A stretch of 64,000 nt of DNA from Bacteroidales bacterium (lineage in GTDB: Bacteria > Bacteroidota > Bacteroidia > Bacteroidales > JAFGXI01), in contig JAFGXI010000024.1 of assembly GCA_016936665.1 (NCBI GenBank), forward strand, positions 7,832-71,831, read 5' to 3'. The notes beneath the pieces were generated by a model that ran no database searches, was not told the DNA's origin, and saw only the letters and a program-made list of their open reading frames with translations. Positions 8,679 through 16,873 of the stretch are shown here, one piece after another; position 1 is the first letter of the stretch, and each line of letters begins with the position of its first letter. The translations under genes were made by a program, and so were the position numbers.

Positions 8679-10162
8679 AAACGGATTCCGATTGTAGTTA
8701 AAAACTGACTGGTTGTTTTGTCGACTAAATAAGGTTGAACATCGGCTTGTTTTAATAGATATGGATATTGGTAATAAGAGCTATTTCCTAGCGCATATGC
8801 CATATCGATATAGATATTGTTAAAATTAAACCCAATACCTCCTGTGTAATATAGTGTATAAGCATTCTTATTGATTTGTGAATTACTGTATGGTGAACCT
8901 AAATAATTAAATCCGGCTCTTAAACTTGTAATCCCTAAACGATACTCTAAACCGATTTTCGCATTGTGGCCAGCAGCTAAGAAATCTTTAATATCCCTAT
9001 TTGCATCGGAAAATTCGCTTGCAGAATAATAGCTTCTTAAACTTGCAGTGCGATATTCTACATATTCGTATTCCATAGAAATTACCGCTTTTTTATCGAT
9101 TGTAAAACCTAGGCCGGCCATTAATCGCATAGGAGTTATAATTTTATAGTCGTATGCGCCATCGCCAGATCTTAAATTGTAGTTTTTATAGCTTAATCCA
9201 TCGGGCGAAACAGAAGACTTAATAACATGGTAATAACTATCCGATAATTTAATGACGTTAGGAGTTTGAAAAGAGGTTCCGAATCTTAACCATGGCGTAA
9301 TTTTATAAATTAAACCAAGTTTAAAATTATATCCGTTTGCTGTGGTGGTGAAGTTGTCTTCGTATTCCATTTGTTTAAAATTGTCGATTTGATTTTTAGA
9401 ATCAATTTCTTCAATGGTAGTTCTGTAAACGTAACGAACCGAGTTAAACCCTATAGCTAAACCACCATATAGTTGGTCGTTATAATTAAAACCAACGCTA
9501 AATGTATATTCTGAATTGTACCCCGTTGTTTGTTGGTATATAGATTGCTCAATCCCATTTTGATTGTACATGCTAACATATATAGTATTAGTGTCTGATA
9601 GATTGGTAGGGTTAATCAAATAAGCATTATAAGCATCGTAAGAGAGATCTGATGCATATTCGTTTCCTTCATCCAAATCGCTTATATATGTACCGTTGGT
9701 TTGTTCGGCAAAATAGTCAGTAACCGTGTTTGAATTGTTATAGCCATTTGCGTATATATTTTGATGAAAGTTGCTGGTTCTCTTATATGTAAAGCCATAA
9801 TTAATCGCTTTTAGAGGACCTTCTAATATTTTTAGACTACCTACAAAGCCTAAATTGTCTAGGTTAAAATTAAACTTAAGATCGCTAGCATTGCTCCCTA
9901 AATATGAAGCCTTACTTGTTGTATAGTTAAAATCAGGAGTGATATTTAATTCTGAATATAAAAAAACACCAACCGCTGCAGGATTATTGTTAATAGCAGA
10001 TAAGTCGCCTCCAAGTGCCCCAAAAGCGCCTCCCATCGATACGTATCTGGAAGTCCCATTCAAACCTTGTCTCGAATATCTTAATGCATCATCTAAATTT
10101 TGGGCAAATGATGAGTGAACAACTAGTAAACTAAGTACTAATAAACGAATATTTGATTTCAT
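8675..10162 (-). CDS. Outer-membrane beta-barrel protein, FadL/OMPP1-like
   Basis: Signal peptide (LVVHSSFAQ); an N-terminal SMGGAFGALGGDLSAINNNPAA motif typical of FadL/TodX-family and related Bacteroidota barrels; alternating beta-strand pattern; C-terminal aromatic residue (..TIGIRF). Confidence 0.65.
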   Translation of the reverse strand: MKSNIRLLVLSLLVVHSSFAQNLDDALRYSRQGLNGTSRYVSMGGAFGALGGDLSAINNNPAAVGVFLYSELNITPDFNYTTSKASYLGSNASDLKFNFNLDNLGFVGSLKILEGPLKAINYGFTYKRTSNFHQNIYANGYNNSNTVTDYFAEQTNGTYISDLDEGNEYASDLSYDAYNAYLINPTNLSDTNTIYVSMYNQNGIEQSIYQQTTGYNSEYTFSVGFNYNDQLYGGLAIGFNSVRYVYRTTIEEIDSKNQIDNFKQMEYEDNFTTTANGYNFKLGLIYKITPWLRFGTSFQTPNVIKLSDSYYHVIKSSVSPDGLSYKNYNLRSGDGAYDYKIITPMRLMAGLGFTIDKKAVISMEYEYVEYRTASLRSYYSASEFSDANRDIKDFLAAGHNAKIGLEYRLGITSLRAGFNYLGSPYSNSQINKNAYTLYYTGGIGFNFNNIYIDMAYALGNSSYYQYPYLLKQADVQPYLVDKTTSQFLTTIGIRF

Positions 10163-10179
10163 TTTTTCTAAGTTAATTT

Positions 10180-11292
10180 TTAACGACGACTTCTTGAACT
10201 ACTCGATGAGCTTCTGCTAGAACTGCTAGAACTACTTGATGACCCGGATCTACTTCCTCCTGAATAACTTGAGCTACTGCTGCTGGAACTTCTTGGTGTA
10301 GAAGAACCACTGTAGTTACTTCGGCTAGAAGAACTGCTTCTGGGGGCCGATGAGCTAGATCTTGTACTAGATCCACTGCTACTTGTCGAAGATGGGCGAC
10401 TTGCAGATCTTTGTTGTGTTGCAGACGAACTTCTGTTATTGCTCGACCTGTTAACAGAGTTTGTGCTTCTATTATTATTGGTCGAACTTCTGTTTTGACT
10501 AGCACTTGATCGTTGTGAGCTAGAACTTCTAGTTGAAGTTGAGTTTGATCTTGGACTATTTGTACTTGTGCTTCTGCTAGCATTTGAACGATTTGTTACA
10601 GCATCGCGCGAGCTTGTTCCGGAACTGCTCCTTGAACCATTTCTGTTAGGATTGTAAGTTCCTCCGGTAGTATTACGTCTTGCGTATGTTGCACCTTGGT
10701 ATCTTGAATTTCCGTAGTAATAATCGTATCGATTGTTAACACCATCGTAATATCCATTCCAATACCCATTGTTGTAACCACTCCAGTACGATCCTCCATA
10801 ATAATAAGGATATCCATAGTAATAATAGCTAGGGTAATACCATGGGTCGTACCACGGATTGTAAATATTATTATAGCCATATCCCCAAGACATTCCCCAA
10901 TATCCGGTGTTGAAACCTATATACCACGAAGGTCTATAATAATCAGAATAATAACTATCACAATAACCATCTCCAAATCTTCTCAATCGGGCACTGTAAT
11001 CATCGTAGTAATCTCCATTTTCTTCGACAAATTCACCATTTTCGTTTTCGTAATAGTTGTTGGTAATGTATGCTTCTCCATCAGGATTACTATACTCCTG
11101 ATCAGAATTTTCTTCGATACTCGACTCTTCTTGGTTTTCCTCAAGAGTATTGTATACCATTTTGTTGGTTTCCTTAATCTCATCTGAACTATAATACAGA
11201 GGATCGTAAGTGTTGGTGTTCATGCTTGTAGAACAGGCCGAAAATACTCCTGCTCCAAGAACTAAAAATGCTATTTTGTAGAGATATTTCAT
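10180..11292 (-). CDS. Lipoprotein with acidic, Tyr/Gly/Trp-rich and Ser/Arg-rich low-complexity segments
   Basis: Lipoprotein signal peptide with Cys20 (GAGVFSAC). Residues about 31-100 are D/E/N-rich. Residues about 95-205 are extremely Y/G/W/N-rich (WYYPSYYYYGYPYYYGGSYWSGYNNGYWNGYYDG). Residues 218-370 are almost entirely S/R/N/T. The gene ends 17 nt upstream of the barrel gene on the same strand. Confidence 0.7.
   Translation of the reverse strand: MKYLYKIAFLVLGAGVFSACSTSMNTNTYDPLYYSSDEIKETNKMVYNTLEENQEESSIEENSDQEYSNPDGEAYITNNYYENENGEFVEENGDYYDDYSARLRRFGDGYCDSYYSDYYRPSWYIGFNTGYWGMSWGYGYNNIYNPWYDPWYYPSYYYYGYPYYYGGSYWSGYNNGYWNGYYDGVNNRYDYYYGNSRYQGATYARRNTTGGTYNPNRNGSRSSSGTSSRDAVTNRSNASRSTSTNSPRSNSTSTRSSSSQRSSASQNRSSTNNNRSTNSVNRSSNNRSSSATQQRSASRPSSTSSSGSSTRSSSSAPRSSSSSRSNYSGSSTPRSSSSSSSSYSGGSRSGSSSSSSSSSRSSSSSSRSRR
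10183..10641 (-). repeat. Ser/Arg/Asn/Thr low-complexity coding tract (C-terminal about 150 aa of the lipoprotein)
   Basis: The translation is runs of S interrupted by R/N/T. Serine is encoded by a mixture of AGY and TCN codons, so this is not a simple trinucleotide expansion. Confidence 0.8.
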
Positions 11293-11442
11293 GGGAGATA
11301 ATTTTTTATTCTATTTCTATTATATTTGTAAGTCGGTTTATAAGTTGCAATTTAGGCGTTTTTTTAATTTAAAATACAAATTAAGAAACATCTTATTGAT
11401 GCAATTTTTCGAAACAAATTTTAACAAAAATTATACCAAATA

Positions 11443-12909
11443 ATGGGAAAGGGAATTACAAGCAGGAAGGAGAATTATTCGCAATGGTACAACGAGTTAG
11501 TTGTGAAGGCAGACCTTGCAGAAAACTCTGCGGTTAGAGGAAGTATGGTTATTAAGCCTTATGGCTATGCAATATGGGAAAAGATGCAAGCTCAATTAGA
11601 TAAAATGTTTAAAGAAACTGGTCATTCCAATGCATACTTCCCATTATTTATCCCGAAATCTTTTTTTAGCAAGGAAGCCAATCATGTTGAAGGATTTGCA
11701 AAAGAATGTGCTGTTGTTACTCACTATCGATTAAAAAATGGTGAAAATGGAATTGAAGTGGACGAGAATGCAAAATTGGAAGAAGAGTTGATAGTACGTC
11801 CTACTTCTGAAACGATAATTTGGAACACCTATAAAAATTGGATTCAATCTTATCGAGATTTGCCAATTCTTGTAAATCAGTGGGCAAATGTTGTTCGTTG
11901 GGAAATGCGTACCCGTTTATTTCTTAGAACAGCAGAGTTCCTTTGGCAAGAAGGACATACAGCACATGCGACAAGAGAAGAAGCTGTCGAAGAAGCCATC
12001 AAAATGATTAATATTTATGCAGAATTTGCTCAAAATTGGTTGGGGCTTCCTGTAGTTATTGGAACAAAAACAGAAAATGAACGATTTGCCGGGGCTCTCG
12101 AAACATATACTATTGAGGCGTTAATGCAAGATGGTAAAGCTTTACAAAGTGGAACTTCTCATTTTTTGGGACAAAACTTTGCTAAAGCATTCGATGTGAA
12201 GTTTGCCGATAAAAATGGACAATTAGAATATGTTTGGGCAACTTCGTGGGGTGTTTCTACTCGATTGATGGGAGCGCTTATTATGGCTCATTCAGATGAT
12301 AATGGTTTGGTTTTACCACCTAAATTAGCACCAATTCAAGTCGTTATTGTTCCTATATATAAAGGAGATGCGCAACTAAAAGATTTTGATGAGAAAGTTG
12401 ATGCTTGGTTAGCTCAATTTAAAGCAAAGGGAATTTCTGTAAAATACGACAATAGGGATATACATAAACCAGGCTTTAAATTTGCCGAGTATGAATTAAA
12501 AGGCGTTCCTGTTCGAATTGCTATAGGCCCAAGAGATTTGGAACAAGGCACTTGTGAAATTGCTAGAAGAGATACTCTTGAGAAGCACGTTATCCAACAA
12601 GAAGGCTTAGTTGATTATGTAGAAAAACTGCTAATAGATATTCAAAACAACATTTATCAAAAAGCGCTTAAGCACAGAGAAGAAAGCAATCATAAAGTCG
12701 ATGATTTTGAATCGTTTAAAAAAGCGATAGAAGCCGGAGGGTTTGTTTATGCACATTGGGATGGGACATCCGAAACAGAAAATAAAATTAAAGAATTGAC
12801 CAAAGCCACTATTCGCTGTATTCCTGTTGATAATCCTCAAGAAGAAGGTAAATGTGTACTAACCGGTCAGCCGTCGAAACAAAGAGTGATTTTTGCAAAA
12901 GCCTATTAA
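11443..12909 (+). CDS. proS: Proline--tRNA ligase (archaeal/eukaryote-like type)
   Basis: About 488 aa with no INS editing domain. Class II motifs ([29 protein letters not shown]) and a C-terminal zinc-binding-like domain ending ..FAKAY. Confidence 0.95.
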   Translation: MGKGITSRKENYSQWYNELVVKADLAENSAVRGSMVIKPYGYAIWEKMQAQLDKMFKETGHSNAYFPLFIPKSFFSKEANHVEGFAKECAVVTHYRLKNGENGIEVDENAKLEEELIVRPTSETIIWNTYKNWIQSYRDLPILVNQWANVVRWEMRTRLFLRTAEFLWQEGHTAHATREEAVEEAIKMINIYAEFAQNWLGLPVVIGTKTENERFAGALETYTIEALMQDGKALQSGTSHFLGQNFAKAFDVKFADKNGQLEYVWATSWGVSTRLMGALIMAHSDDNGLVLPPKLAPIQVVIVPIYKGDAQLKDFDEKVDAWLAQFKAKGISVKYDNRDIHKPGFKFAEYELKGVPVRIAIGPRDLEQGTCEIARRDTLEKHVIQQEGLVDYVEKLLIDIQNNIYQKALKHREESNHKVDDFESFKKAIEAGGFVYAHWDGTSETENKIKELTKATIRCIPVDNPQEEGKCVLTGQPSKQRVIFAKAY

Positions 12910-12924
12910 TTGAAGCGTACAAAC

Positions 12925-13611
12925 ATGAAAGATATTGAAAATAGAATCATCAGCACTATAAAAGAAAAAGCAGAGATAAAACAAAAAGTTTATGATCACA
13001 CTTTAAACGTTTTTGAAGCATTAAAAACAGAATTACAATTAATTGTCGATGACTTCAATAAAAAACTAAAAGGTAGCGACGAACGTGTTCTATTGCAATA
13101 TAAAGATCGTGGAGCATTTGAAGCCGAAATAAAAGTCGCTGGCGATTTAATTATTTTCAATATGCATTCAAATATCTTTGAATTTGAAAATTCACACAAC
13201 ATATGGCAAACTACTTTTGTTCAAAAAGATGCAATGAACTCATTTTGTGGTGTAATTAATGTATATAACTTTTTAGCGGATTCTTTCAAATATAATCGCT
13301 TCGATGACCTTGGTTACATGATTGCTCGCCTTTTTGTAAATAAAGACAAATACTTCTTTGTCGAGGGTAAACATCAAATGGGGTTTCTACATAACGATTT
13401 TGGAAAGGAACAAATAACAAAGGTTGAGATTCGCGAGATAATTTTATCGGCTATTCAATATTCTTTAGAATTCGATTTATTAGTACCTCCGTATCGCCAT
13501 GTAGAAGAAGTTTCGGTGGCGCAAATGCATGATAATATTAACAAATCAAAAATAAAAACAGGCAAACGCCTAGGCTTTCAGTTTTATTCCGACGATGATG
13601 CTGTAAAGTAG
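12925..13611 (+). CDS. Hypothetical protein (about 228 aa)
   Basis: The long ORF directly abuts the proS stop. The ORF track starts at the TTG at 12910; I prefer the ATG at 12925 (MKDIENR). No recognisable motif. Confidence 0.6.
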   Translation: MKDIENRIISTIKEKAEIKQKVYDHTLNVFEALKTELQLIVDDFNKKLKGSDERVLLQYKDRGAFEAEIKVAGDLIIFNMHSNIFEFENSHNIWQTTFVQKDAMNSFCGVINVYNFLADSFKYNRFDDLGYMIARLFVNKDKYFFVEGKHQMGFLHNDFGKEQITKVEIREIILSAIQYSLEFDLLVPPYRHVEEVSVAQMHDNINKSKIKTGKRLGFQFYSDDDAVK

Positions 13612-13626
13612 AATCTATAAGATATA

Positions 13627-13666
13627 AAAAAGGCTGATTCAATTTTTGTGAGTCAGCCTTTTTTAT
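13627..13666. terminator. Bidirectional terminator between convergent genes
   Basis: AAAAAGGCTGATTCA...TGAGTCAGCCTTTTTT: a stem of about 10 bp with one mismatch, flanked by an A run and a T run. Confidence 0.75.
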
Positions 13667-13683
13667 TTAATACATTAAACAAA

Positions 13684-15369
13684 TTATTCCACAACTAGTT
13701 TTTGAGTTACAATTTCGTTTATATTTTGAATTTTAATAATGTAATTACCAGAATTAAAAGCGTCGAGGTTAATTACAGTGCTTGTGTTAACTGTTTTTGT
13801 TCTATATACCAATTGTCCAGCAATTGAGTAGATGCTTATTTCGCTGTTTAAATCAGTATTAATATTTAATAAATCTGAAGCAGGATTAGGATAAATACTA
13901 ATTTGTTCAGAAATACTATTATTAATACCATCAGCGACATCTATAGAAACGTCATCGATTAGTAGTAGATATTGGTCAGGATCACTGTATGCGAAGAATC
14001 CTAAGTTGTATGTACCACTAGTAGTAATAGAAAAATTGGTTACTGTTTCTACCCATTCAGTATTTGTAATTGTACCTAAATCGACGAGTTCTTGCGTCAT
14101 TGGAGCTTGTCCTTGTCCGATAAAAACTGTAAGTTTTTCTTCGTAAGGCGTTCCGTTATTGTCCATTACTCTAGTCCAAAATCTTAAAGTATAGTCCCCG
14201 GGCTCTAAGTCGATACAATTCGAGTAATAGTAATCGTTGCCGGCGTTTGAAGCACTGTACTGGTATAATGCTGCATAATCATCGTTATGGCCGCCACCAA
14301 TTGTAGATACGTTGTAAACACCCCAAGTGCTATTATCGTTATTTAAATCACCGGTGTTCCATCCTAAAAAGTCAAAAGTATTAGGATCGAAAGCGATAGT
14401 AAATGGTATCTCATAGGGTAAAGTATTAGCAGTATAAGTGTAGTTTGTGTCGTTATCATGGTCTTCATCACCTGTGAGTACTGTCCAAGCTCTAATTTCA
14501 TAGAGATTATCAGTTGACATATCGATTGATAAATCAACATTAACGGTAGCTCCTGCGGCTATAGGTGTAGGGACTGAAATTGGAGAAGAAACGGTTCCGT
14601 TTACTTCATAATAAAGATTAAATGCTGTTGAAATTGTAGTACTGCTGTTATTTTTTACTGTTGCAACTACAGTCTCTGTTCCTAAGCTACATTCAGGATC
14701 TGGGCCAGTTAAACCTAATAGTTCTACATCTTGGAAAGATGCTCCATCATCGACATAAGCTTTAATAGCAAATGCTAAGTATTGACCTGCCGTACCAGTT
14801 CCGATATAACTACGGTATGAATACATTGGTAATGTAAAATAACTTCCCATATCGCTAGCTGCTAATTGAGAGTTGTCGTATCCAAATCCGGCGCCAGTGC
14901 TTGTGTTTGCAGAATAGCCAACAGTAAGTTCATTACCATCAATAGCATATGGAGTAGAAAGTATAACATCATTCCATCCATCGGATAAAGAACTGGCAGC
15001 AACAGTTTGTGTGTATGCAGGAGATGATCCGAAGTTTGATGTATCTGCCCATATCATGATTGTTACATCTCCTGTGAGAGTTCCTGGGTAAACTCCAATA
15101 GAGATTTTATTAATAACATTTCCTGTATATGTTCCCATTGTTGATGATGGGAAATAAGCCATGGGGGTTACACCGTTCAAAGCTTGTCCAAGATTAGCAT
15201 TGCCTGCTGTAACATCGGTACAATGAGCTAAAGTTGTTACGGGGGCGTTTGTACTTTTAACGCCAGTAGGTGTTAGGCTCGGTTTGATAGTCAACGGCTG
15301 GTTGGTAATTTGACTATAACCCATACCAATTAAGGCCAAAAAGGCCAATGATAGTAAAGATTTTTTCAT
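13684..15369 (-). CDS. Secreted protein with a T9SS type A C-terminal sorting domain
   Basis: Signal peptide (LALIGMGYSQ). The C-terminal about 75 aa (ISIYPNPASDLLNI...IYSIAGQLVY...GNYIIKIQN...QKLVVE) match the Por_Secre_tail pattern. Confidence 0.8.
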   Translation of the reverse strand: MKKSLLSLAFLALIGMGYSQITNQPLTIKPSLTPTGVKSTNAPVTTLAHCTDVTAGNANLGQALNGVTPMAYFPSSTMGTYTGNVINKISIGVYPGTLTGDVTIMIWADTSNFGSSPAYTQTVAASSLSDGWNDVILSTPYAIDGNELTVGYSANTSTGAGFGYDNSQLAASDMGSYFTLPMYSYRSYIGTGTAGQYLAFAIKAYVDDGASFQDVELLGLTGPDPECSLGTETVVATVKNNSSTTISTAFNLYYEVNGTVSSPISVPTPIAAGATVNVDLSIDMSTDNLYEIRAWTVLTGDEDHDNDTNYTYTANTLPYEIPFTIAFDPNTFDFLGWNTGDLNNDNSTWGVYNVSTIGGGHNDDYAALYQYSASNAGNDYYYSNCIDLEPGDYTLRFWTRVMDNNGTPYEEKLTVFIGQGQAPMTQELVDLGTITNTEWVETVTNFSITTSGTYNLGFFAYSDPDQYLLLIDDVSIDVADGINNSISEQISIYPNPASDLLNINTDLNSEISIYSIAGQLVYRTKTVNTSTVINLDAFNSGNYIIKIQNINEIVTQKLVVE

Positions 15370-15480
15370 TGTGAATTTAATTTATAGGATTAATAAAAAA
15401 TGTAATTTCATCGTAATTCAGCGCAATTTACGAAAATAAATGTTATTAAAATTACATTTAATGTATAAAATGTATATTTT

Positions 15481-16770
15481 TTATAATACTTCCCCAAACA
15501 AATCAAAATCATCTGCCGAAGTGATTTTAACTTCGTAAAAAGAGCCTATTGTTAGAATTTTGTCTTTGTTGATTAGCACTTCGTTATCTACTTCCGGAGA
15601 ATCAAATTCAGTTCTACCTACATAATAATCATCATCTTCTCGATCGATGATTGTTTTATAGAATTTCCCAATTTTAGCTATGTTAAGTTGTTGAGAAACG
15701 GATTGTTGTAATTCCATTAAGCGGTTAAACTTTTCGGTTTTTGTACTTTCATCAACATCATCCTCATAGTGTTTTTGAGCGTAGGTATTGTCTTCGTCGG
15801 AGTATGTGAATCCTCCCAAACGATCGAATTTGAATTCTTTTACAAATTGAAATAATGTTTCAAAATCATCATCGGTTTCTCCCGGATGCCCGACTAGCAT
15901 AGTGGTTCTTATGGCAATTTCTGGGGCTGAAGCACGAATTTTTTCCAGTAATTTTTTAGTTTTTTCGAACGTGATGTTTCTTCGCATCAATTTAAGCTGA
16001 TTATCGCTCATGTGTTGCAAGGCTAGATCGATGTATTTACAGACTTTCGTATTGTTTTTAATCTCCTCTAAGATAGCATATGGGAAATTTGCCGGATATA
16101 AATAATGCATTCTAATCCATTCAACACCTTCGATTTCTGAAATGCCTTTAAGTAGCTCTGCTAATTTTTGTTCTTTATATAGATCGACTCCGTAAAAAGA
16201 TAAGTCTTGTGCAATTAGAATAATTTCTTTTGTTCCCTTGTAAGCAAGATATTTACATTCTGCAATAATGCTTTCGAAGGGGCGAGAGCGGTGTTTGCCT
16301 TTAATGATAGGAATAGCACAAAAGGAACAAGTACGATTACAACCGTCGGATATTTTAACATATGCATAATGCGATGGTGTTGTTAGCCATCGTTTTTCTT
16401 TTTCAGTTTGACAGGGTTTTATGTTAAGATCCGACAAAATTTTATCAATTTCGTAGGTGCCATAAAAATGCTCGATTTCTGGTATTTCGGCTTCTAGCTC
16501 TTTCTTATATCTTTCCGATAGGCAACCAAATACTCGAATATCTTTAACGTAACCCTCTTTTTTGGCCTCAATCAAGTCTAAGATTAAATCAATCGATTCT
16601 TGTTTGGCATCTTGAATAAAACCACAAGTGTTGACCAATACTAGATCTTTGTTTTCGAAAGAGCCATTGTGTTCTATTTCGTAATCGTTTTGCTTAAGAT
16701 GATAAAGAATCTTTTCGGAATCTACCAAGTTTTTTGAACATCCTAAAGTAATGACACTTGCTTTTTTCAT
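15481..16770 (-). CDS. rimO: Ribosomal protein S12 methylthiotransferase
   Basis: UPF0004 N-terminus (ITLGCSKNLVDSE, VNTCGF); radical SAM CxxxCxxC (GCNRTCSFCAIP); C-terminal TRAM domain; about 430 aa, typical of RimO. Confidence 0.85.
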   Translation of the reverse strand: MKKASVITLGCSKNLVDSEKILYHLKQNDYEIEHNGSFENKDLVLVNTCGFIQDAKQESIDLILDLIEAKKEGYVKDIRVFGCLSERYKKELEAEIPEIEHFYGTYEIDKILSDLNIKPCQTEKEKRWLTTPSHYAYVKISDGCNRTCSFCAIPIIKGKHRSRPFESIIAECKYLAYKGTKEIILIAQDLSFYGVDLYKEQKLAELLKGISEIEGVEWIRMHYLYPANFPYAILEEIKNNTKVCKYIDLALQHMSDNQLKLMRRNITFEKTKKLLEKIRASAPEIAIRTTMLVGHPGETDDDFETLFQFVKEFKFDRLGGFTYSDEDNTYAQKHYEDDVDESTKTEKFNRLMELQQSVSQQLNIAKIGKFYKTIIDREDDDYYVGRTEFDSPEVDNEVLINKDKILTIGSFYEVKITSADDFDLFGEVL

Positions 16771-16873
16771 GATGGTATTAATATTTCAACTTAAAAAATT
16801 ATAGAAACGCAAATATAAACACATTTATTTTTAACTTTGAGTTGATTATTACTAAGGATGAAAACTAAACCTG

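Noticed and set aside
10173-11183. Alternative-frame ORFs (10173..10583, 10596..10880, 10983..11183) overlapping the low-complexity lipoprotein gene
   Set aside because: They are by-products of stop-poor AGY/TCN/TAY-rich sequence. Only the 10180..11292 frame has a lipoprotein signal peptide and runs the full length.
11321-11328. TATATTTG upstream of proS, and a similar TATTTTTG on the minus strand near 46390-46400, as Bacteroidota -7 promoter boxes (TAnnTTTG)
   Set aside because: The motif is short and frequent in AT-rich DNA, and no convincing -33 TTTG partner was seen at the right spacing. The evidence is too weak to report as features.
15399-15461. 11-bp inverted repeat (AAATGTAATTT / AAATTACATTT) between rimO and the T9SS cargo gene, a possible regulatory hairpin
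   Set aside because: The arms are separated by about 40 nt of AT-rich sequence, so a stable hairpin is unlikely. Such matches are expected by chance in AT-rich spacers.
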